This document shows positions 40,496-52,400 of a stretch of 64,000 nt of DNA, in pieces. A program made the position numbers and the translations under genes. The notes below the pieces were generated by a model that saw only the letters and a program-made list of their open reading frames with translations, was not told where the DNA came from and did not search any database. This DNA is from an uncultured Clostridia bacterium (lineage in GTDB: Bacteria > Bacillota > Clostridia > TANB77 > CAG-508): the NCBI GenBank assembly GCA_947630065.1, contig CANRGE010000002.1, positions 10,535-74,534 of the forward strand. Reading direction: 5' to 3'. Position 1 is the first letter of the stretch. The number at the start of each line of letters is the position of its first letter.

Positions 40496-43400
40496 TTAAA
40501 AATTATTTATTTTTCCTAATCTAAATTTATTTATTTGTAAGATGTCATCGAAATCTGCTTTTCCATCATTGTTTACATCTCCTACTAATAAGTTAACTCC
40601 CGATAATTTTGCTTTTCCTAATCTATGTTTATTAATTTGTAAGATATCATCAAAATCTGCTTCTCCATTATTATCGACATCTCCAGTAATTACAAGTGTA
40701 CGTTCTAATGTATATCCTACTTTTAGTATCATGCCTGTTGCAAGTTTTGCTTCTAATGGAATTACATTTCCCTCTTCATCTGTAATAACTAAACCTTGAT
40801 TTGTTGTTATATTATCTACAAAATCTGTATATGTCGTTCCTGGTGTGATTTTTGTTATATAAGTATCTCCTACTGAATATACTTCTGATTCTACTTTTTC
40901 TTCCATTCCTGGTTTAAATGGATCATCTGGGTCTGGAACTCCTGTTTTTGATTGTATCCAGTGAACTTTTGCAGTTTTCTTTCCTATATTACCAGCTGCA
41001 TCTTCAAATTCAAATGTGAATGTTCCGTTTTTCTCGAATGTATATAATTTTCCTTCGTCATTATTTTCATTTTCTACATTATTTATTACTTTTACATTTT
41101 CACTTGGTATAAGTTCTGCAACAACCTCATCATCTGTTAATGCATGTGTACTATATTTAATAGTAGCTGTTGGTGCTTCTCTATCTATATAATCTACTCT
41201 AGCTTCTACTGTACCTTTCTTTGTACGTGTTTTTTTGTCAACAAATTCAAATGTAAATGTTCCATTTTCTTTAAATACATATGTATCACTACCACCATTA
41301 TTAGTAATAATAATATCTGTACTTGGATTTACTAATCTTGCCTCTACATTTTGTGTTGTTGGGCTAGTAGTACTAAAATCAATTCCTGCTGTTATATTAG
41401 GATTTTTATCTGTGTCTTCAAAAATATTGAACATTCTTGCTACAAACCAATTTCCATTTGTTTTATCTGCTACAATTTTTATATATGTAACTTCTTTTGC
41501 ATCTGCTATTTCGAATTTTTTAATATTATTCTCTCCAAATGAATATTCATTGTAGTTACCTTGATATGTTAGTCCTTTTTGTTCTGTTAATTTTTCCCAA
41601 TTTTCTCCATCCATACTTCCATATATTGTACCATCAACTATTTTACCATTTCCGCCACCGCCTGGTACAAATTCTACTGCTGATAAGTATATTGGTCTAT
41701 CAACTTTTATAACCATATATCTCTTAGTATCTCCTCCGCCATAGTCTGAGTGATATCTTGTATTGTAGTTACCATCTATAGCATTTGTTGCAGCTCCTTG
41801 ATGGTTTAAAGCTTCTGTTGAAACATCTTCAATTGATAAATGTGAAACTGGTACATATCTTCTTGTTGTTGGTTGATTGTCGTTTGTAAATTGGTATGTA
41901 ACTGGTTCGCTTGCAAGTTTTGTACCTGTTGCTAATTGTCTTATTTGTATGCTCTTGTCTCCTTTTAAATCTGGTGATGCTTTTGCATAAGATACCCATT
42001 CATTAGTTTCTGTATAACTCCATTCTGTATTTTCGTTAACACCAATTATACGATTTTCTAAGTCATTTGCATAAACTTCTGGATTTTCTTGTCCTGTTAT
42101 ATCTATTTTATATAAGTTTTCATCTTCATATCCTGTTCCTACTATATGAACATATATATCATTTTCTTGTGTTATGCTTTTTATGTCTTCTGGTTTTAAT
42201 GTTAATTTATGTTCTTGCTCTGCGTTATATTCTACTTTAATCCATTCGTCTGGATCAGTTTCTTTTCCTGTTAATGTATAATCCCAACGAATTCCTGAAT
42301 TATCATAACGATCTGATAATACTATTTTTCCTGCATCTTCTCCATCAAATGAGAATTTTGCAAGTTCTGTATCCATTTCTCCTAGTAAATATTTTGCTAC
42401 TGTTCTTGTTATACTTGGTTGATATACTAAATTGCTTTTGTCGTCTAAATTACTTCCTTCTGTTAGTAATCTTGTTTGTAATATAGTATATTTAAAAGTA
42501 TATTGTGTAGTTTCCATATGATTTTTTATTACGTTTGTTAAGTTATACATTGGTAATGGGAAGCATTTTAAATCTTCTCCCAATTCTTCTGCTAGTTCGT
42601 AATATTGTTGTTCAGTTTTTGTTTCATCTTTTTCATATAATTTTATTAATCCATACCATGCATCAATGTTTATTGATTGTACTTTTATTGCTTTCCTATA
42701 TAAATCTTCTTGCTTTTGTGCATCTCCTTCATAAGAGTTTGCAAGCATTACTAATTTCATTGATTCTTCATATTGTTCGTAGTGATTTAATGCTTCTTGT
42801 GCTAAAACAATATATGATGCAGCCCATCCTTCTACATAGCTATCACTACCCCAGCCTAAAGGCATTCTTACACTTAATTTTTCTGTTTTTCCTGATTGTG
42901 CCCATCCGCTTACGTCATTGTCTATTGTCCAATATCCATTACCATCTTTATCTTTTCTATAATAGATTAATGCAGCGTGACCTGGTTGGCTTATAACAGA
43001 TGATGGTGTACCATGAACACCTCTTATGTTTGAACCTATTTTAGATATACCACCACATACTGCTCCACCTTCTATGTTCATCCATAATTTATTTACTCCT
43101 GGTTTATATGTTATGTTATATTTTGTGAATGGATTTCCATATTTTTCATCCCATTTTTGTTTATTTGCTGGGTCATGGAATTCTGGTCTAGAATAGTCTG
43201 GCCATATATATTTCATATAAGGATGTGGTTGTAAATATGTTTCTTCTTTTCCTGGATTTTTATCTATATAGCTTTGTGTATATTCGTTTAACCATAATAT
43301 TTCTTCGTCATCTATAATATTGTTAAATACATAACGCATTTCTTCTACTTTTAAATCTTCAAACCATGGTGTGTGGTCTTGATTTTTAGAAACAACAAAC

Positions 43401-44563
43401 TTATCGTTTGCAAGTAAGTCTTTATAAATTTCGTAACGTTTAACTGGATCTGATTGATTTTCTGGACTTGTTGTGTCCATCCATAATGCAACTTGTGCTG
43501 AGTGTGTTAATGAAATTGTAATCATCATTTTCTTATATAACTCACCTTTTACAGTTCCATGTGCAGTTTGTTCTTTTATACTTAAATCTGCTTTATGTTT
43601 TGTATATAATTTTGTTAATGCTTGGAAAGATGATATGTAGTTTCCATCTGGTTCTCCACCTAAAACATAAAGACGCATATTATCTAAATCTGTCATTAAC
43701 CATTGTAATGTTGTTTTATAATCATCATTACATCTTACAAATGCTTGTAATACATCATATCCTGCATTTTTTACTAATTCTCTTTGTAATACTGCTAATT
43801 CGTAATCTTTGTTTATTCCTTCACCAATTAGCTTATCTCCTTTTTGTTCATGTTGTTTTATAATTGTGTCATATTCATCTAATGTTTTTATAAAATCAAC
43901 TTTGCTATTTACATCTTCTTTATAATCTGCTGTTACTAATTTTGCATCTGCAAAAATTGCTTCATCATACCATTCTGCCCACCAATTTGGGCTGTTATTA
44001 TTAGCAACTAATTTTATAAATTTTGCACCTTTTATGTCTATTTTAACTGATTCTGCATCACTCCAGCCATACACTGTATCTTTTGATGCATATTTCTCAT
44101 CCCATTTATCACCATCAGTTGATGTGTAGATGTAAAATTTAACACCTGTATTGAAATAGTCACTTTGTTCTTCTATGTCTACTCCTAAATATGCCATAAA
44201 ATAATCATACTTATATTGGCTTATATCGTAGACAACTTGTGATGATGCCCATGCGCAAATTCCTTTTATAAATATTTGAGAATTTCCATTTACTTTAAGA
44301 TTTAGCATTTTGTCAGAATCATTCTTGTCTAATTTAATAGTATGACCACTTGCTGCTGATGATTGTTCTTTTACATAAGATATATCTGATAAGTAACATT
44401 TTTGTTGGTTAGTATTACTTGTCACATCAGTAGCTAAAACTGTCTTTTGTTGTATTATGAAAAACATAATAAGCATTAAGGCAAAACAAATAGCCATTTT
44501 AATTGATAAACTAACTTGACTTAAATTTTTTTGCATGTCTTTTTCCATAAACAAATCCTCCAT
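40496..44563 (-). CDS. Large secreted multidomain protein: NPCBM-like module, central Cys/His domain of unknown function, F5/8 type C (discoidin) module, Ig-like repeats, C-terminal dockerin
   Basis: 1355-aa ORF. The likely true start is the ATG at 44548, which has GGAGG 8 nt upstream. The dockerin has two Ca-loop repeats, DVDNNGEADFDDILQINK and DVNNDGKADFDDILQINK. The discoidin-like segment is NAIDGNYNTRYHSDY...GSMDGENWEKL. The NPCBM-like N-terminus is CYLSDISY...FYIYTSTDGDKW. Confidence 0.75.
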   Translation of the reverse strand: MEDLFMEKDMQKNLSQVSLSIKMAICFALMLIMFFIIQQKTVLATDVTSNTNQQKCYLSDISYVKEQSSAASGHTIKLDKNDSDKMLNLKVNGNSQIFIKGICAWASSQVVYDISQYKYDYFMAYLGVDIEEQSDYFNTGVKFYIYTSTDGDKWDEKYASKDTVYGWSDAESVKIDIKGAKFIKLVANNNSPNWWAEWYDEAIFADAKLVTADYKEDVNSKVDFIKTLDEYDTIIKQHEQKGDKLIGEGINKDYELAVLQRELVKNAGYDVLQAFVRCNDDYKTTLQWLMTDLDNMRLYVLGGEPDGNYISSFQALTKLYTKHKADLSIKEQTAHGTVKGELYKKMMITISLTHSAQVALWMDTTSPENQSDPVKRYEIYKDLLANDKFVVSKNQDHTPWFEDLKVEEMRYVFNNIIDDEEILWLNEYTQSYIDKNPGKEETYLQPHPYMKYIWPDYSRPEFHDPANKQKWDEKYGNPFTKYNITYKPGVNKLWMNIEGGAVCGGISKIGSNIRGVHGTPSSVISQPGHAALIYYRKDKDGNGYWTIDNDVSGWAQSGKTEKLSVRMPLGWGSDSYVEGWAASYIVLAQEALNHYEQYEESMKLVMLANSYEGDAQKQEDLYRKAIKVQSINIDAWYGLIKLYEKDETKTEQQYYELAEELGEDLKCFPLPMYNLTNVIKNHMETTQYTFKYTILQTRLLTEGSNLDDKSNLVYQPSITRTVAKYLLGEMDTELAKFSFDGEDAGKIVLSDRYDNSGIRWDYTLTGKETDPDEWIKVEYNAEQEHKLTLKPEDIKSITQENDIYVHIVGTGYEDENLYKIDITGQENPEVYANDLENRIIGVNENTEWSYTETNEWVSYAKASPDLKGDKSIQIRQLATGTKLASEPVTYQFTNDNQPTTRRYVPVSHLSIEDVSTEALNHQGAATNAIDGNYNTRYHSDYGGGDTKRYMVIKVDRPIYLSAVEFVPGGGGNGKIVDGTIYGSMDGENWEKLTEQKGLTYQGNYNEYSFGENNIKKFEIADAKEVTYIKIVADKTNGNWFVARMFNIFEDTDKNPNITAGIDFSTTSPTTQNVEARLVNPSTDIIITNNGGSDTYVFKENGTFTFEFVDKKTRTKKGTVEARVDYIDREAPTATIKYSTHALTDDEVVAELIPSENVKVINNVENENNDEGKLYTFEKNGTFTFEFEDAAGNIGKKTAKVHWIQSKTGVPDPDDPFKPGMEEKVESEVYSVGDTYITKITPGTTYTDFVDNITTNQGLVITDEEGNVIPLEAKLATGMILKVGYTLERTLVITGDVDNNGEADFDDILQINKHRLGKAKLSGVNLLVGDVNNDGKADFDDILQINKFRLGKINNF

Positions 44564-44759
44564 CCCTTCTTATTTTTATTCTCCTAAAATTTTTTATTTT
44601 TATTAATGGATATTAGTGAAGTTATTTTACAAAATTCCATTAATATCCATTTTTACTTTTCAATTAATTATAGCATGATTTTACATTTATGTAAATATAT
44701 ATTTGTAGGTTTTTGTTGTTTTTTAACATTATCTAATCACTTGAATATAATATTAAGAG

Positions 44760-45227
44760 GTGTTTAAAATGTTTACTAATATATTTAATATTGCAAAAGC
44801 ACATATAAAAGGTGGTAAAAAATATCCTAAAATAGATGGTACTGTTACTTTTAGAGAAACTAAAAATGGCGTAATTGTAACTGCTAAAATTAATAATTTG
44901 CCACAATCTAAAGATAGATGTAAAGGTAGATTTTTCGGCTTTCATATTCATGAAGGAACTTCTTGTACTGGAAATTTAGAAGATGAATTTGCAAATGCAA
45001 AATCACATTTAAATCCTAACAGTTGTCCGCATCCTTTTCATATAGGAGATTTACCTCCATTAATTGAAAATAATGGTTTTGCTTATATGAGTGTTTTGAT
45101 AAACAAATTTAAAATAGAAGATATTCTAGGAAAAGTAATTATTATTCATGATTCTCCAGATGATTTCAATTCTCAGCCAAGCGGAAATTCTGGAACTAAA
45201 ATTGCTTGTGGTAAAATTGAAAAGTAA
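44760..45227 (+). CDS. sodC: Cu/Zn superoxide dismutase family protein
   Basis: 155 aa with FHIHEGTSC, HPFHIGDLP and IIIHDSPDDF...GNSGTKIACGKI. Confidence 0.88.
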   Translation: MFKMFTNIFNIAKAHIKGGKKYPKIDGTVTFRETKNGVIVTAKINNLPQSKDRCKGRFFGFHIHEGTSCTGNLEDEFANAKSHLNPNSCPHPFHIGDLPPLIENNGFAYMSVLINKFKIEDILGKVIIIHDSPDDFNSQPSGNSGTKIACGKIEK

Positions 45228-45331
45228 CAATGTTTTTATTTTTACAAGTATAAAAATTATATTATTTAATATTTCACATATAAAAATTTTATTCTAAAAA
45301 AAATCTTTTATTACCTATTATCTTTATGTCG

Positions 45332-45499
45332 AACAAATCTCGCTTCGCGAGACCTTTTTTCTACATCTTAAAGTTTGCCATCTAAATTCAAGGTCTCAAA
45401 GAAGCGTAAAGATTTGTTGACGCGAAAATTTACAAAGTAAATTTTCTGTGCAATGTTATTTTTTATATAATAGGAAAGTAGAACTTTCCTATTATATAA
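45332..45499 (+). repeat. Family-A repeat copy 2 (45332-45456) plus AT-rich 37-nt hairpin module (45463-45499)
   Basis: About 97% identical to the reverse complement of 53477-53646. The hairpin is TATATAATAGGAAAG-TAGA-ACTTTCCTATTATATA. Confidence 0.88.
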
Positions 45500-45550
45500 A
45501 AAAATGAAAAAGCTAACTATTCCTAGTTAGCTTTTTCATTTTTTTACACT

Positions 45551-45877
45551 TTATGCTACTTTTATTCCTGTTTCTATTACTTCTTGAATAAAAGGTGTTT
45601 CAGCCTTTTTATAATCTTCAATTCTTATTAAGTGTGGTTCTATTCTTGTATCTATGTTTCTTCTTAATTTCATTAAATTTAATTCTTCATCAAAGATATC
45701 TTTTTCTATGTCATCAGTAATAATTGCAATATCTATATCGCTATCTTTATGTTCCGTTCCTTTTGCATAAGAACCAAATAATATAATTGCATATACTTTA
45801 TAATTTTCACAGATTTTCTCTACATATTTTTTAACTATTTCCATTATTATTTTATTATCAATAGACTTTTTAACCAT
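45551..45877 (-). CDS. Nucleotidyltransferase (MNT/MntA-like) antitoxin component
   Basis: 108 aa with the minimal NTase motif LFGSYAKGTEHKDSDIDIAI. It overlaps the upstream HEPN gene by 31 nt. Confidence 0.82.
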   Translation of the reverse strand: MVKKSIDNKIIMEIVKKYVEKICENYKVYAIILFGSYAKGTEHKDSDIDIAIITDDIEKDIFDEELNLMKLRRNIDTRIEPHLIRIEDYKKAETPFIQEVIETGIKVA

Positions 45878-46248
45878 ATTCTAACCTCCTCTATATTTCT
45901 AAGTTGTTGCTCTGTATATTCATCCGTACATTTAAGATAAAATTCTTTTCTATAATCATCATATCTTGCATTTATATTAAATCTTGTAATTGTATCAAGT
46001 AAATCTTCTAATCTTTCATTAAGCTCCAATTTTGTTTTTTCTGCTAAATATAATAAGTCGTGACTCTTAGGTGCATGAGGTGCATTTCTATTATTTTTAG
46101 CATAAAGTGCTTTCATTAACTTTTCTATTACTAAATGTCCAAAAAACAAACAATAACTATTTTTATTGTTACGACGCAATAGTTTCATTACATTATAATC
46201 TTCATCAGAACTTTCAATCCAATAATTCATTAAATCTATATTATTCAT
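45847..46248 (-). CDS. HEPN domain protein (HepT-like toxin component)
   Basis: 133 aa, predicted all-helical, and paired with the NTase gene. It is a paralogue of 58652-59053. I assign the HEPN family from context and the KSHDLLYLA / ARYDDY regions, so this call is moderate. Confidence 0.7.
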   Translation of the reverse strand: MNNIDLMNYWIESSDEDYNVMKLLRRNNKNSYCLFFGHLVIEKLMKALYAKNNRNAPHAPKSHDLLYLAEKTKLELNERLEDLLDTITRFNINARYDDYRKEFYLKCTDEYTEQQLRNIEEVRIWLKSLLIIK

Positions 46249-46488
46249 AATTTTCCTTTCTTTAACACATTATTATTATAACATTAAAATTATAATTTTA
46301 CTACATTTATTGATAATTTTTCATTCTTAATATATTTAATCAAATGTTTTATATTTATTTCTACACATATACAGCTCATATTATTTAATATTTTCACATA
46401 TAAAAGTTTTGTATTTAATTTTATTCTATATAAATAAAAAAATGATAGAAGTACTTATTCTTCTACCATTTTTTTGTTACATAAATAA

Positions 46489-49400
46489 TTATTTAAAACT
46501 TTGTTTTAAAATTGGATGTTTATTTGTAGTTATATTTGTAAAATCCCATATTTCATCACTAAATTTCAAAGTATTTTTATAAAATTCTTTAGTTTTTATT
46601 TGTTCTTCAGTTGCAGCTTTTAAGTTATCAACATCTTCTGCAATACTACTTGTTCCTGTTGCATTTTGGTATTCATAACAATTGTGTAGATATTTTTCTA
46701 TGCTTTCTGCAGAACTTCCTGTGAATTTATATACATTTTCACTTTCATCATCAAATCCTGTCATATTACCTATTGAAATACAATTTATAATATTGGGTGT
46801 GTTATAAAGATTTCCTACAAAACCTCCATTGTTATTTCTATTTTGTCCATCAGTATTACTTTTTCTTGTTATGTTTACATTAGCTATTACATTTTCTACA
46901 ATAGGTGAATTTTGGAATGCTCCAGAAATTCCACCCGCTTCTGTTGCATTACATGTTACATTTCCTTCTACATAACAATTTTTTATTGTGCCTCCATATA
47001 CTCTTCCTACAAATGCAGATACATAATATCCTGTACCAGTTACATTTGCGTTTTCTACTGTTATTTTTTCGAAATTGCAATTTGTACTTGTTCCTATTAT
47101 TACAGCTGTTCTATGTCCACCTGTTAATGTTATATTTTTGAATTTCATATTACTAAATGTTGCACCATTTGCATCATTTGCAAATGCTGTAACTTTATCT
47201 ACATTTGCACGATTATTTGTAAAGTTTTCAATTTTTAGATTTTCTACTTTACCACTAAAACTGCTAAATAGAGTTTTATTTTCTAGGCCTGAAAGAGTAT
47301 GTCCTGCTCCATTAATACTTCCAGAAAATTCTATAGGTACAATACAGTTTTGTCCTCCTGTGTAATCGCTAAAATCTATATTATTGGTTAATATATATTT
47401 CTTTTTAGCATTTTCTTCGTTTTCTCCTATTGCTACAAAATCTTGTAAATTTTCTATTTTGTTTTCTTCTACTACTATGTCATTAGTTCCAAATTCACAA
47501 TAAGAATTTGTTTTGTTTTTAACCATTGGCAATTCTAAATTAACATTTTTTACATTAATTCCACTAATGCTTGAATTTTTAGAGTTTATTGAAATATATG
47601 CATTTGATGATATTGCATATTCTGAATCTTCAATATCTAAATCTTTTATTTGAGCATATGTAATTTGTTTAAATAATGGATATTTTACTCCTGTAATTTT
47701 ATATCCTTTTCCATCTAAAATTCCTACAAACGTGTTTGATATATAGCAATTGTCTTCTGTTGCTTCTATACCTGAGAAATCTATATCTTTTGTTAAATAA
47801 TAATTTCCAAGTGTATTTTTACTCATTTTGCTTATTAATTCTTCTGCAGAACTAATTGCTATTTTATTACTTGGTGCTTTATATATATTTCCATCTGTAA
47901 AATCATTTGTTGCTCTTTTTACAAGTCCAAAAATTATTCTTTGTATATCTGTTGTTGCATTTTTATTACCTGTTTTTGAGTCTGTTATTAATGCTTCTTT
48001 AAATTGTTCTATTACTTCTTTATAATCAAAATATGGTATGTTTTTTAGATCTTCTTTTACTTTTTCATATCTTTCTAGTTTATATTTATTCCATGTAATA
48101 TCTGGATCTCCTGTGACTGTTCTTAATGCTTCTAAGTCAGTTGCACTTTTTCCCGACATATATGTTATGTATCCATTAGCATAACCACCAAGTGAAAGCA
48201 TTTCTTTTCCTAATCTTTTAAATGAAGGGGTATCTGGTGCACCATTATCATTAAATGGTTGATACCAGAAAACATCATATATTGAGCACCATCCATATGA
48301 GCCTTGTTGAGCAGATGCTGTAGTAGCATATTTAGGATCATAATTTCTTAAAACAAGCTTATTATTTATTAAATCTTGCATATCTTCTAATTTCATATTT
48401 TTTATTTCGTCAACAGTAACTCTTTTATATGTTGTATCAAATGTTAGATTATTTGCACTATTAGTATGATTTGCTGCTTGTACTGCAACCCCTGCTTTTT
48501 GTTCAGGTGTTAACTCTAAAAATGCTTGCCCTATTAAATATTCTAATACATAACTTGTGTCAAATACATCGCTATAATAATCTTTTATTTTTTCTTCTGT
48601 ATCAATTCTTTCATATTTAAAATTATTTGTTACATCATCTGTAATATCAAACTCTCTATATATATTGAATACTATACTTCCATCTGCCATATCTTGTGCA
48701 ATATTGTCATCAGCGTGTGCTTCTGCTCCTGTTCCATTTCTTCTTCCTGCATCATTATAGAAGTATTTTCCATCTTGATTATGTGCTGTTTCATGAGTAA
48801 ATACTGAGAATGGATAATCTCCTCCACCTAATGCTGTATTTACAACCCAAAATACATTCGTTCCATCTGCATATGCAGCTGAACCATTTGCTGCTGCAAA
48901 CCTTCCTATTGCTTCATATACCCATTTTATTGTTGGTTCTTGTGTTGTACCAGTTTCTTCTGTTTGTGCTGTTCCTGTATCTGTTTTAAAATTAAAGCGT
49001 GTATCATATTGTATATAACATGTATTATTTAATATTTCTACAGAATTTGGAACTAAATCTGCCGATACTCCATAAAAGTTTCCAACTTTTTCAGCATATG
49101 TTTTCATAAGGTCTAACATTCTATCTCGCTCTTCACCATCTTTAGTTAAATATGTATCATATCTATTCATACTACCTATTATAAATTGTGATGGTACTGA
49201 AATAATATACATATCTTTTTGTGGAGCTGTTAATATTGGTAATACAATATTAGTTCTATCACCTAGTTTATCAAACATATCCCATATTCTATATTTTATA
49301 TTTGAATATTTTTTACTATTAGCTTTTTGCTCATATAAAAGTCCTTCAAAATTTTGGCTAAACCAGTCGCTTGGATCTTCTGTTTTTGCAACTGTTTTAA

Positions 49401-52400
49401 TTAAATATTTTAAGAAGTCTGTCAATCCTTTTCCTGTTTTTTCTTTTAATGTATTATTATAAAATGTGTAATTTGCAGTTGTATCCCTTTGTTCATGTCC
49501 TACACTGTATAATTTATCAATTAAATAATCTGATGTTAATTCTTCGTTTAATGTGTCTCCATCAAAGAATAGCAAATCACTAATGATTACTCCATCTAAA
49601 TTAATATGATACCATTTATCATAATAATTATAAGAATATAGTAATTGTTTTAATTTTTCTTCTGTAAAATCTTTTTGTATTTGTTCTTGTACAACAGTAT
49701 TATTACAATATGTTGGATAGTCTGTTTTTGTCATTATAAATTTAGTAATAATATCTTCTACATTATTTTTTACAGTTTCATTATAATAATCTACATATAA
49801 TCTTCTACGTCTTTGTCTTCCTTCTGCTGCTTCTCTTACATTTTTTTGTTGGTCTGTTTCTCCTTCTTGTTTTTGTGGTACTTCTTCTTTTATTTCTGCA
49901 TAAATATCATTTTCATAATCATATTGTTTTGCTTTATCTATCAAATTGTTTTTAAAATTGTCATCTATTTTTTCAATATATGAGTCAAATTGGTATTTTA
50001 AATTTAATTCTTCTATACTATATGTTGCTACTAAGCTTTCTATTGTTGTAGAATAATTTACTAAATAATCTTGAGAAGTTTCATCTTCATAAACTATTCT
50101 TATTTTTTCAATTTTATTTACATCCTTTGATTGTATTCCTACAACAAGATTTCCTTTACTGTCTAATGGTAAAATGAATTTTATTTTTTGAGTTTTCATT
50201 TTGCCTGTATTACTTGCAGAATTTGCAAGTTCTAATAAAACATCTGTATCTGCAAATGGCATCAATTTAGCAGTATTATGATATAATATTTCTTTATCAT
50301 TTATATATTTTGCATTATTTCTTATTTCTTCGTAATTTGGAATTTCATTTTTATTTTCCTTAATTTCGTAGCCTTTTAAATCATTTGGCATTGGATCATT
50401 TAACAAGTTAGGTAATTTTTTATTTTGTACTAATTGTAAATTCCATATTTCTCCGTCAAACCCTAAAGTTTCGTAAAAACTTGTAGCATAAATATCTTCT
50501 ATTTCTTTTATATTATTTTTATTTCCTTCGTTTATATTAGTTTTAGATGTTCCTTTTGAATATTCATATACATTAGAAGCATTTCCTAAAACATCAAATC
50601 CAGATATTCTATATCCTTTTCCGTTTGCTATACTAAAACAATTTGTTATTACTGGAGAGTTTGAATCTGGTCCTCCAATAATTCCTCCATTTCCTTTTTC
50701 TGATGGTCCAATAATAGTTACATTTGTATAACATTTATTAATTAAATCTGCACTATCCCATCCAGTAATACCTCCTGCTCTAGCTCCAAGAGTTGGATGA
50801 TTAAAAGTTCCTTCAATTTTTCCGTTTACATAGCAGTTTTCTATTTTTGTTCCTGCAGAAGAATTTCCTGCTATTCCTCCTACTGTGTTATTTCCTTTTA
50901 CATAGATTTCGTTTGCAGAACATCCTTCAATTATTGAATTCTTTATTTCTCCTACAATTCCGCCAACTCCTGATTGGTCATTTATTATGCTTGAATTTTG
51001 AATATGAACATTTTTAATAGTTGTATTATTTTCTACTTTACTTGCTATTGTTCCTTTTGCATTTGTTTTTATATTTGCATTGTCTATTATAACATTTTTT
51101 ATTGTTGCTTCATTTAATGTTCCAAATAATCCTGTTTGTAAATTTATAATTTTATGGCCATTTCCATCAAATGTTCCTCTAAAAGTTCCAGCAATTGCTG
51201 AATCAGTTCCAATAAAATTAGATGCGTCTAAATCTTCATTTAATGTATATGTTTTGCCTTGTGTTAAATCGTCTTCAATATCTTTTGCAATTTCTTTAAA
51301 AATGTCATCTGCTTTTTTAACTATATCATGTTGACCGTTCTCATCTATGTATGGCATTTCTAATGAAATAAAGTCTTGTTTTACATATTCGTTATCTTCT
51401 TTTTCATATTCTATAAATTTTGATTGTTTTGCAATTACAACTACTTTTCCATCTTCTTTTTTAAATTCTTTCACTCCTGTGTAAAAAGTAGGTAATTCCT
51501 TCATTTCTATTTTTATAAAATAATTTTCTAAATCTGTTGGGATTCCATTTTTTATATCTAATATTTGTACATTTTCGATATTTCCATCATTTTGTTTATG
51601 ATATAAATATGTATTTGAAATATCTTTTAGTTCTATATTAGTTACAATTTCGTCTTTTACAAATTTAAATTGCTCTTCTAGTAAAGTTTTTTCTTCTACT
51701 TTTACTGTTTTCTCGTTATCTCTAGCATATTTTAAAATTATCTTATATGTATATGTTGTTTTATCTTCTACATCAAATGTAATTATATTACTTCCTACAT
51801 GTTCAATAATTTCTTCATCTATTTGAGCATTATTTTTTAATAATTGTACTTTTCCACTTATAAAAGCATTTTCTAAATCTATTAAGTCAAATTGTATATT
51901 TACCTGATTATTTTGTGGTTCTTGTTCTATAGCATAATCTGTTATACTTGGTGCATCTTTTAAAATATCAATTTTTTGTGCATAATCTACTTGTATATTT
52001 TGTCCTGTTTTTAATGCAACTTTTGTAATTTTTAATTCGTTTATACCAGTAACATCTGATACATTTAATTTTACTATATATTTATTGTCTTCTAACTCTG
52101 GTGTATATTCATTATTGTCAATAGTTATGTTTGAAATTTCTCCACCATAACTTATGTTAGCACTTATTTTTAATATAACTTCTGCATTTTTTTCTACATA
52201 ATAATTTGAAACTTCTACATCTGTAATTTCCACTTCATAATTTAATTTTTTCTCTACTTTATCAATTAATAAACTTAAATCTGTTACTGTAATTTTTCCA
52301 TCGCTATTTATATCTGCATTTTCTAATTTATCTTGTGGCAATAATTCTAAATTAACTAAATGTAATTCAAGTAAATTTACATCAGAATAATCAATTTTTC

